Shown here piece by piece: positions 47,809 to 55,820 of a stretch of 64,000 nt of DNA; positions within the stretch are counted from its first letter, which is position 1, and every line of letters starts with the position of its first letter. The notes under the pieces are model-generated. The model did no database searches. It saw only the letters and a program-made list of their open reading frames with translations, and had not been told where the DNA came from. The stretch is from Planctomycetota bacterium (GTDB lineage Bacteria > Planctomycetota > SZUA-567 > H5-PLA8). The stretch is from assembly GCA_038227875.1 (NCBI GenBank), contig JBBRPR010000049.1, forward strand, positions 1-64,000. The letters are read 5' to 3'. Made by a program: the position numbers and the translations under genes.

Positions 47809-49341
47809 ATGGTACGATTTGAAACCCTCACGGCGTCTCCGAGAACAGGCTCCATGACTGACGCGGACCTCCTGCACGAGATTGCGACGCAGCGGAGCCA
47901 ACCTGCGTTCACCGAGCTTTATCAGCGCTACGAAACCGCGGCGTACAATCTGGCCTATTCGCTGACCCACAATCGCGCCGTGTCGGAAGAAGCGTTGCAG
48001 AACGCGCTGCTCCGGATCTGGCAGTCCGCATCCACCTTTCAACCCGGAAACGCTCGAGGCTGGATTCTGCGCATTGTCGCGCGCGAAGGTCTGAAACTGA
48101 TCAAGGGCCAGCGGCTGGAGCAAAAGAGAAAAATGGAAAGTGAAACCCTCACCGATCGGGTGAAACCGTCCGCGCCAGCAGAAGGCATGGAGCAGAGCGA
48201 AGTTCTCGCAGCACTTCAGGACGCGCTGCACCGGCTGCCGGAACTCGAGCGCCAATATGTCACGCTCCATTTTGTCGGCGGACTTTCGCACGACGAGATC
48301 GCTCAGGAACTGTCGACGCCCCGGCAGACGGTCTCGCGCCATATCCAGAATACCTTGCGAAGTCTGCGCGGAGATTTGACCACGGCGGGATTCGCGGCGG
48401 CATTGCCGATCATCGGCGCGGAAACGCTGAGCCAGATCTGCTGCTCCGGCCAGGCGGCACCGCCGGGCCTGCGCGAAAAAGTCTTGAGTGGAATGGCGCG
48501 TCCGTCGTTGAAGTCGCAACGGGTTTCGCGTGGGGTCAAAGCCGCGGGACCGAAATCGGCTGCGCTGCTGGTTGTCGGCGTGACCATTGCGGCTGCCGCG
48601 GGAGCGGCCTTGTGGATGGTGTCTTCAGCGCCGAAAGCGCCTCAGCCTTCCCCTCCGTTGACCACGCTTCAAGCGGTGGCGCCGGTTCGCGAGACGACTC
48701 CGCAGTGGCAACCGGTGACGGACGATTTTCATACCGTCGCAGGTCAAGCCGCGGGCGTGTGGAAAGCGGTGAAGGCGCCGAATGGCCTGACGCTCCAGTT
48801 TACGCCGGCAGCGGGTGATGGGCAGAAACGATCGTGGTGCTATGTCGGGCACAATATTTCGGCCTCTCAGGAATTGCGTGGGACACTGGAATACCTGGGC
48901 AGCGAGGAGACGGGATATGTGGAACTGGGTCTTTGCATGCCCAACCGTTTCAATTGCACCACGGAGGCGGTTCCGTTCCAAAAATCCCTGGGACCGCTGA
49001 AAATCCGCATTCAGATTCGCGTTGAAAGCAGAGGCTGCCGCCTGGCCATTTCGGTTCAGGACGCTGCGGGACGCGAACACGCTGTCGTTTCCCAAGTGCC
49101 TGACTGGACTCCGCCACCGTGGACGCATTCTCAGTCTGCTCAGAAGAGCACGTCGACGCCCATGACCGCGGACAACGTGATTCTGTACGACCAGTGCGCT
49201 TTCGAGCAGATGAAAGAGTGTGGGTTTGGATTTGCCACGCGGGACGCGATCCGGATCTCCGAACTGCAGGTCCGGCCGCTGGTCGACCGTGAATGGGTTC
49301 CGGATCGCACTGCTGGAAATTCCGGACAGTCAGAGAAGTAA
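47809..49341 (+). CDS. ECF sigma factor with TM segment and C-terminal extension
   Basis: TDADLL, AFTELYQRY, SEEALQ, RGWILRIVAR, LPELERQ..GLSHDEIAQEL; TM AALLVVGVTIAAAAGAALWM; start 47809 or 47854. Confidence 0.88.
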   Translation: MVRFETLTASPRTGSMTDADLLHEIATQRSQPAFTELYQRYETAAYNLAYSLTHNRAVSEEALQNALLRIWQSASTFQPGNARGWILRIVAREGLKLIKGQRLEQKRKMESETLTDRVKPSAPAEGMEQSEVLAALQDALHRLPELERQYVTLHFVGGLSHDEIAQELSTPRQTVSRHIQNTLRSLRGDLTTAGFAAALPIIGAETLSQICCSGQAAPPGLREKVLSGMARPSLKSQRVSRGVKAAGPKSAALLVVGVTIAAAAGAALWMVSSAPKAPQPSPPLTTLQAVAPVRETTPQWQPVTDDFHTVAGQAAGVWKAVKAPNGLTLQFTPAAGDGQKRSWCYVGHNISASQELRGTLEYLGSEETGYVELGLCMPNRFNCTTEAVPFQKSLGPLKIRIQIRVESRGCRLAISVQDAAGREHAVVSQVPDWTPPPWTHSQSAQKSTSTPMTADNVILYDQCAFEQMKECGFGFATRDAIRISELQVRPLVDREWVPDRTAGNSGQSEK

Positions 49342-49365
49342 AACAACACCCATAGGAATTCAATC

Positions 49366-50079
49366 ATGCGCTCAGCCATGGCTGTATCTGGCGTGCCCCG
49401 TCACGTCTTCACAGTTCTGCAAGTGCTCGGAACCGTGGCCATTCTCGTGTGTGTGCCCTCGAACGCAGCCAAAGCGGCCGCGCTTCCGTGCTGGTGGTTG
49501 CTGACGTTTCAGAAACTGCAGCGCTCCGAGCTTTTTTTCTACGCGGTCGCCTGCGCGTTCTTCACGGTGATGGATGTCTTGAGCGTCGGCCACGGCATCT
49601 TTGCGTTTGAACATCCAGATGTGCTCGGTCTGCCATTTTATGAACCGCTGCTCTGGGGCTTTTACATTGTTCACACCCTGCGCGCAGTGCGCGGGCCGGA
49701 GCCGCGTCGCTCGTACCTGCATGCCGGCGTGATTGCCGTCCTATTCTCGGCGGCGTTCAGTGTCATCTCCGACGCGCAGGTGCTGCTCGGCGTCACGAGC
49801 GGACTGTTGCTGGCGGGCCTGATCCTCTTTCACGATCGCGAAGACATCGCGTATGTCGCGTACATGATTTTCCTGGGCGCGGTGTTTGAGTACTCCGGCG
49901 TCTGGAGCCGCCAGTGGAGCTACACCAATCCACCGCTCGGGGGCGTGCCGCCGTGGTTCATCACGCTATGGGGCGGCGTCGGGTTACTGGTGCGCAGACT
50001 CGCCCTGCCGGCCATGGCCGATCTGATCCGGTGGCAACAGCGCAAGCAGGCGGAGCCGGTCGTTGCCGCGTCGCGATGA
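49366..50079 (+). CDS. multi-pass membrane protein of unknown function
   Basis: Seven or more hydrophobic segments; internally repeated 'G.F.F..P..LGLP' / 'W.Y..P..GGVP.W' motifs. Confidence 0.75.
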   Translation: MRSAMAVSGVPRHVFTVLQVLGTVAILVCVPSNAAKAAALPCWWLLTFQKLQRSELFFYAVACAFFTVMDVLSVGHGIFAFEHPDVLGLPFYEPLLWGFYIVHTLRAVRGPEPRRSYLHAGVIAVLFSAAFSVISDAQVLLGVTSGLLLAGLILFHDREDIAYVAYMIFLGAVFEYSGVWSRQWSYTNPPLGGVPPWFITLWGGVGLLVRRLALPAMADLIRWQQRKQAEPVVAASR

Positions 50080-50180
50080 ATTCTCCCCAAATTCAAAGAA
50101 ACAATGGGCGAACGAAGGCCGGGCGAGATTAGTTCCGTGGAAGCCCAGGACATCCCCAAGTCGATAGGGAGAATTCGAAC

Positions 50181-51041
50181 ATGCTGACGCAAAACGACGA
50201 AACCGGAGTGGTCACGACGCCGCGGGCACGCCGGTCGACGGCGGTCTCTCAGACGCTCCGCGCGATCGAACGCGATGTGTGGTCGGGCCGCTCCGGCCGC
50301 GAGGGCTGGCCGATCGCGGAAAAGGGTGACGCGTCGCGCTACCGCATTCTCGTCGCATCCGATCGTGCGACCCGCGAGCGGGCGTACCGGCTGGCGCACC
50401 GCGTCTACCAGCGCGCCGGTTTCGCTTCGCACGAGGAGCGCTGGTGCGTGGCGCCCTATGACGCGCGCATGCAGACGATGACGTTGTTGATCGAAGATGA
50501 GAATGGGAAAGAGTGCGCGACAATCTCACTGGTGTTCGACTCGAGCGCCGGCTTGCCGTGCGACGAAATCTACCATGAGGAGGCCGCGACCTTGCGCGCG
50601 CAGGAATGCCGGCTGGCCGAGGTCACGCGCCTGGCCATCGACGAGTCCTGCGCTGGAATGCGCGACCTGCTGCTGCATATGTTCAACCAATGCTACATCT
50701 TCGCGCGTCTGGTACGGGGCCAGAGCGATCTGTTGATCGAAGTTAATCCGCGCCATCTCGGTTACTACCAGCGCCTGCTGCGCTTTCAGCAGGTCGGGCC
50801 GGAACGCGCGTGCTCCCGGGTTCAAGGTGCGCCGGCGGTGCTGCTGCGATTGAATTTCGCGGAAGTGGAAGCAGCCGTGAAAGGAACGGGCTGCACCGGC
50901 GGTCGCGACCTGAACGGGCGGCGCCTGCACGCCTACCCTTACTCTCAAGCCGAAGAGATCGCCGTCGCCAGTTTCCTCGCGCGCAACCACAAGCCCATGG
51001 CCAACGAAGAGGCCCGCTACTTCGGCATCGATGTCGCGTAG
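50181..51041 (+). CDS. FeeM-like N-acyl amino acid synthase, paralog 2
   Basis: RAYRLAHRVY, ATISLVFDSSAGLPCDEIY, AEVTRLA, IEVNPRHLGYYQRLL.F, CSRVQGAPAVLL. Confidence 0.88.
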   Translation: MLTQNDETGVVTTPRARRSTAVSQTLRAIERDVWSGRSGREGWPIAEKGDASRYRILVASDRATRERAYRLAHRVYQRAGFASHEERWCVAPYDARMQTMTLLIEDENGKECATISLVFDSSAGLPCDEIYHEEAATLRAQECRLAEVTRLAIDESCAGMRDLLLHMFNQCYIFARLVRGQSDLLIEVNPRHLGYYQRLLRFQQVGPERACSRVQGAPAVLLRLNFAEVEAAVKGTGCTGGRDLNGRRLHAYPYSQAEEIAVASFLARNHKPMANEEARYFGIDVA

Positions 51042-52737
51042 TCACGTGTTCGCACACCACACCGCCTTGAGGTTCAGATTGACCACGAGCACGTTGATTT
51101 CCACCGAACGCCGCGTGTCGTCCAATGTTGAAGCCGCCGTCGATGAATGGCGTGCTGTACTTGGCGAGGACCGGGTGATTGACAGCGCCGATTCCGCAAG
51201 AATCTACGGCACGAACACCGCCGGAGTTTCCCGCTCGATTCCCCTCGCGCTGACGCCGCGAAACACCGCCGACGTAGTCGCGCTGATGAAAATTGCGGCG
51301 AAGCATAAAGTTCCGCTCTATCCGATCAGCACCGGCCGCAATTGGGGCTACGGCTGCGCCAATCCCGTGACCGACGACTGCGCGATCGTCGATCTTTCGC
51401 GCCTGAACGCCATCGTCGCGATGGACGCCGACGCCGGCTTGGTCACCGTGCAACCGGGTGTGACGCAGCGCATGCTTGCCGAGTACCTCGACGCGCACGC
51501 ACTTGCGTTCATGGTGCCGGTGACGGGAGCCGGCCCCGACGCCAGCCTGCTGGGCAACGCCATGGAACGCGGCTACGGATTGACGCCGACGGCCGATCAT
51601 TTCGCGGCGGTGATGGCGCTGGAAGCGGTGTTGCCGGACGGGCAGATTTATCGCTCGGCGCTGACGGAAGCCGGCGGCGCGCAGATCGATGGCGCGTTCA
51701 AGTGGGGCGTCGGTCCGTATCTCGACGGCCTTTTCGCACAGGGAAACTTCGGGATTGTGACGCAGGTCACACTCGCGCTGGCGCCGGTACCGGAACGCAT
51801 CGAGACGTTCTTCTTCTCGGTTAAGGACGATGCGCAGCTGGAACAGGCCGTGGACGCCGTGCGCGGTATTTTGAATGCGGTCGGCGGCGTCTCCGGCTCG
51901 GTGAATCTGATGAACGCGCGGCGCATGCTCTCGATGGCAGAGCCCTATCCGGCGAACCGTGTCGCGCCGGGGCAAGTGATGCCGCAGGCGGTCGCCGACG
52001 AACTGGCTGCCCGCAACCTGATCCCTGCGTGGACCGGCGTGGGCGCTTTGTATGGAACGGCGCAAGTTGTGCGCGCGGCGCGTGCGGCGATACGAAATGT
52101 GCTGCGCCCGTTCGCGCGGCGCCTGGTCTTTCTGACGCTCAACGAGGTCCGCCTCGCGCAGAAGTTGACGGCGTGGATTCCGCCGCTGCGCCACTCGCGA
52201 CTTTCCGGCGTGCTCGAACGCATCGAAGCGCTGCTGCTGAACTTGTCCGGCCGGCCCAGCGACATCGCCTTGCCGCTGGCCTATTGGAAATCCGGTCGCC
52301 GGCCCGCGGCGGGGCAGCCCATGAATCCCGCACGCGATGGCTGCGGGTTGCTCTGGTACGCGCCGCTGGTTCCGATGAAATCCGAGCGCGTGCGCAGTTA
52401 CGTCGCCATGGTTGAGCGCATTTGCGTTGAGCATGGTATGGAACCGTTGATCACACTGACGAGCCTATCCAGCCGCTGCTTCGACAGCACCGTTCCGCTG
52501 CTCTTCGACAAGGAGAACCCGGAAGAGTCCGCGCGCGCCCACGCCTGCTTCGACGCGCTCTTCAAGGCCGGGCAGCGCGAAGGCTTCCTGCCGTATCGGC
52601 TGGGGGTGAATGCGATGCAACACCTCATCGATCCGTCGAAGCCATTCTGGCAACTGGGCGCCGCCATCAAGCACGCAGTCGATCCGGACGATCTGATTGC
52701 GCCGGGCCGGTACGCGCTGCAACTCTGCCGAGCATAA
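51031..52737 (+). CDS. FAD-binding oxidoreductase, VAO / p-cresol methylhydroxylase flavoprotein family
   Basis: YPISTGRNWGYG, VDLSRLN, VQPGVT, GNAMERGYG.TP, EAVLPDG, KWGVGP.LDGLF.QGNFGIVT, DP...IAPGRY; exact start uncertain. Confidence 0.9.
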   Translation: MSRSHVFAHHTALRFRLTTSTLISTERRVSSNVEAAVDEWRAVLGEDRVIDSADSARIYGTNTAGVSRSIPLALTPRNTADVVALMKIAAKHKVPLYPISTGRNWGYGCANPVTDDCAIVDLSRLNAIVAMDADAGLVTVQPGVTQRMLAEYLDAHALAFMVPVTGAGPDASLLGNAMERGYGLTPTADHFAAVMALEAVLPDGQIYRSALTEAGGAQIDGAFKWGVGPYLDGLFAQGNFGIVTQVTLALAPVPERIETFFFSVKDDAQLEQAVDAVRGILNAVGGVSGSVNLMNARRMLSMAEPYPANRVAPGQVMPQAVADELAARNLIPAWTGVGALYGTAQVVRAARAAIRNVLRPFARRLVFLTLNEVRLAQKLTAWIPPLRHSRLSGVLERIEALLLNLSGRPSDIALPLAYWKSGRRPAAGQPMNPARDGCGLLWYAPLVPMKSERVRSYVAMVERICVEHGMEPLITLTSLSSRCFDSTVPLLFDKENPEESARAHACFDALFKAGQREGFLPYRLGVNAMQHLIDPSKPFWQLGAAIKHAVDPDDLIAPGRYALQLCRA

Positions 52738-52905
52738 AATCTCAGAGTGGCAAAGTGAGCACTCACTGGTGAATTGCGAGCAGAATGCCCGTTGCGCGGG
52801 AGTTCCGGCAGAATTTTCGGCGCTGATATATTCTTGTTACTCCATACGTAAACTATGCTTAGGAGTTCTCGGCGGGATGGCCCAGAGTTTGAGATTGCTG
52901 GGTGC

Positions 52906-54831
52906 ATGAATCACCGCACGTACTTTTTTTCCGTACTGTTAATTTCTCTGACAGCCGCGTGGAGTCTGAATGCTCATGCGGCGCTGGATGAAGCGCGCGT
53001 TCAAAAATGTATCGTCGAAATTGAGAACGCCCGGCACAGCGCATCGGGGATTGTCATTTCCGCGAATGGCCTGGTGTTGACCTCGCAGATCATCGTACCG
53101 GAGTCATCCGGCACGGTGGCGGTGCGGTTCTGCAACGGGTTTCAGACTCGGGCCAAAATTGTGGCCACAGACGCGTCGACGGAATCTTGCCTGCTTCAAC
53201 TTCCGGAGCGGGCCACGCCCTACGCATGCCTGGAACTGGCGGACGCGTCCCGCGTAGCAGTGGGGCAGACCGCCTACACGGCGGCCAATTCATTCGATGC
53301 CGTGAAAGACGGGCAGATGGCGCTGAGCGCCGGCGTGGTCTCCGGCACTTACGCGGTGGAAAATGTCTGTGACGAGAGCTGCTACTGCGGCGCGGTGCTT
53401 GAAACCGACGCGGCGGTCAATCCCGGTTCGGCCGGCGGCGCGCTGTTGGATGGAGAGGGTCGCGTGCTGGGCATGCTCAGCATGAGTCTCGATCGCACGC
53501 GGCGTCTGGGCACGGCCATTCCCATTCAGTCCATCCAGGCAAAGCTGCTGGCAATGGCGGAAATACCACTTCACGACGCCGCGGCCAATACTTGTTGCGT
53601 GCGCATGGGCGATGCGGGCAGAGCGTTGATCCGTGTCCGCCGATCGGAATCCGGTCGAGCTGCAACGGCCGGCGTGCTGATCGATAACTCCGGTCTGGCG
53701 CTGACGTGCGCCGGCTGTCCGGGGCAGGCGTTAAGCAAAGGATCGCAGGTTGACGTGGAGTGTTGCTGCGGACACGTCTGCCGCGCAACGGCCCTGGCCG
53801 TCGATGTCAACTCCGATGTGGCATTGTTGCGCCTCGAAATGCCTTCCAAGCCCAACGCGTGTGGTTGCACGCCACTGGCGTTGTGCGGTGACTCTGAAAT
53901 TCGAATTGGAAGCGCCGTGAGTGCGCTTGGGTTGAACGCGTCGGCGTTCAGCGCCACTTATGATCACGGCATCGTGAGCGCGCGTGGCCGTCTGGGCGGC
54001 GCGCTGCAGACGGATGTAAAGATCAACGCGGGCAACTATGGCGGCCCGGTGCTGGATGCCAGCGGCCGTTTGATCGGCATCGTCACGCACTTCAATCCGA
54101 GCGAAGACTGGGGCCAGCCCAACTCCGGAATCGGTTTTATTGCCACCGGTAATGCGATTTCAGCCCAGCTTGGCATCCCGGTAACCGTACGACCTCCGGC
54201 TCGTGCTCCGGCAGTGCAGGGGAAGCAGGCGGTCGAGCAACTCATCGAACGGCTGCAGGGCTGCGTGGCGTTGATCGGCGATGGCAGCGGCGTAATCGTC
54301 AGCGCGGACGGTTGTCTGCTGACGTGCGCGCACATCGCCGATAGCCAGTCGAGCTGGCGCGTCAAGGTTGGCGGCCACGATTATATGGCCGACGTGTTGG
54401 AGATCGACGCGCGCTCGGACTTGGCGCTGCTGAAGCTGCGCCATGCCAGCGGCCTGACTTTCGCGCGGCTGGCGTGCTCTGAGGTGGCGGTGGGCACGAG
54501 GGTGCTGGCGGCGGGCGACCCGTTCAAGCTCGGTGAATGCGACAGCTCGCCGGCGTTCAGCCTCGGCATCGTCAGTGCGCTGCATCGCTATCAGGGACCG
54601 TGCCAGAATGTGATTCAGACCGACGCGGCAATCAATCCGGGAAACTCTGGTGGGCCGCTGTTCAATCTGGATGGTAATTTGGTTGGGTTAAACGGCCAAA
54701 TCCGCTATCGCTTTCAAGCGGTGGCGAACACAGGTATTGGTTTTTCAACGCCCTGCGAAAAACTCAGCGCGCTGTTGAAGCGGCACGGCGTGAACGTCGC
54801 GCAGGGCGATGTTGAAGTAGTCGCTAAATAG
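52906..54831 (+). CDS. secreted protein with three tandem trypsin-like (HtrA-type) peptidase domains
   Basis: Signal peptide; three repeats ending TDAAVNPGSAGG, TDVKINAGNYGGP and TDAAINPGNSGGP. Confidence 0.88.
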   Translation: MNHRTYFFSVLLISLTAAWSLNAHAALDEARVQKCIVEIENARHSASGIVISANGLVLTSQIIVPESSGTVAVRFCNGFQTRAKIVATDASTESCLLQLPERATPYACLELADASRVAVGQTAYTAANSFDAVKDGQMALSAGVVSGTYAVENVCDESCYCGAVLETDAAVNPGSAGGALLDGEGRVLGMLSMSLDRTRRLGTAIPIQSIQAKLLAMAEIPLHDAAANTCCVRMGDAGRALIRVRRSESGRAATAGVLIDNSGLALTCAGCPGQALSKGSQVDVECCCGHVCRATALAVDVNSDVALLRLEMPSKPNACGCTPLALCGDSEIRIGSAVSALGLNASAFSATYDHGIVSARGRLGGALQTDVKINAGNYGGPVLDASGRLIGIVTHFNPSEDWGQPNSGIGFIATGNAISAQLGIPVTVRPPARAPAVQGKQAVEQLIERLQGCVALIGDGSGVIVSADGCLLTCAHIADSQSSWRVKVGGHDYMADVLEIDARSDLALLKLRHASGLTFARLACSEVAVGTRVLAAGDPFKLGECDSSPAFSLGIVSALHRYQGPCQNVIQTDAAINPGNSGGPLFNLDGNLVGLNGQIRYRFQAVANTGIGFSTPCEKLSALLKRHGVNVAQGDVEVVAK

Positions 54832-54836
54832 TGCAA

Positions 54837-54860
54837 GGCGCGTCCCTGCTGGGACGCGCC
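54837..54860. terminator. GC-rich hairpin between convergent genes
   Basis: ggcgcgtccc-tgct-gggacgcgcc; no clear U-tract. Confidence 0.55.
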
Positions 54861-54925
54861 CCTCCTGATTTGTTGCGACATCTGCGCCAATTAGCAGGCC
54901 GCTGAAAGATCTTGGGCCTGCGCTT

Positions 54926-55330
54926 TTAGCGCTGAGCTTCTCGATCCAAGCGATACTGTACTGAAGGCTTGTTTCCCGAGTCCGCCGCTGGCTGAGCCTC
55001 GTATTGATAAGCCTGATGAGCTGCCGAAGCATGATGATAGCCCACGTTGGCCACCGGATGTTCCTCGCGTGAAGCATTTACGGTCACGGCTCTTTCAGGC
55101 ACGTATGTTTCGGTGGCGTCCACGTTGCGCGCGAGTCTGAACGCGACTGCGGGGTTGCCGTTGACGGTGGGTGCTACTGCGCCGTTTGCGTATCCGTCGG
55201 CCGACCACGTGGTCTGGCCTGAAGCCTGACCTTCCATTTTCAGACGCGCTTCAACTGAGGGCTTGTCTGATGCCATCGCACCTGTCATGAGAATGAACAG
55301 TGCGGTAAGGATCGCGCTTCGTGCTAGCAT
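54926..55330 (-). CDS. small secreted hypothetical protein
   Basis: AAGGTGA RBS; signal peptide MLARSAILTALFILMTGAMA. Confidence 0.65.
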   Translation of the reverse strand: MLARSAILTALFILMTGAMASDKPSVEARLKMEGQASGQTTWSADGYANGAVAPTVNGNPAVAFRLARNVDATETYVPERAVTVNASREEHPVANVGYHHASAAHQAYQYEAQPAADSGNKPSVQYRLDREAQR

Positions 55331-55820
55331 AACTCACCTTTTCTTTCGCCTTCAGGCTCTAAGTTTCCCGCGGCACCCGAGCGCCGCCTCTTCTCCACTT
55401 CTGCATAAGATGTGTGCAAGCAGTGGACCGTTGTTGCCAAAAAAATAAGTGCCGAGTCACAAGCGGTTTGCGATATTAACAACACATTGAAATTCGTATT
55501 CTTGCGAAGCCGCTCGTCACTCTCCGGAATTATTGTGGTCGCGGAACAAATGGCGTGACGTAAGACCAAATAGGTAGAAGTGTAATCGTCTACCCGCCAA
55601 CTGAATCTCGATGTACTACTTGCTCCTAAGCGGCCGCATATAATGCCCGACGTGCATGTTCTTAATTGTATGTCATGACAATTTAGGATGGCTTGCTCAA
55701 GTTTTGTATGGACTACTCTTGTAATTGTTACAATATAGGTGCTATCAACCAAGGCTACAGCACCGTCGAAATTTCAACGCATTTTCAGCCCTGACTTAAG
55801 CGATGGACGAGGACTGTTTT

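Noticed and set aside
50743..52434. 563-aa minus-strand ORF, and similar long antisense or alternate-frame ORFs (17813-18949, 21699-22607, 25860-26867, 55785-57161, 56813-57880)
   Set aside because: Shadow ORFs of high-GC genes that have clear family motifs in another frame or strand.
55330..55800. AT-rich intergenic region as an sRNA or riboswitch
   Set aside because: No recognisable riboswitch motif or strong structure; consistent with divergent promoters.
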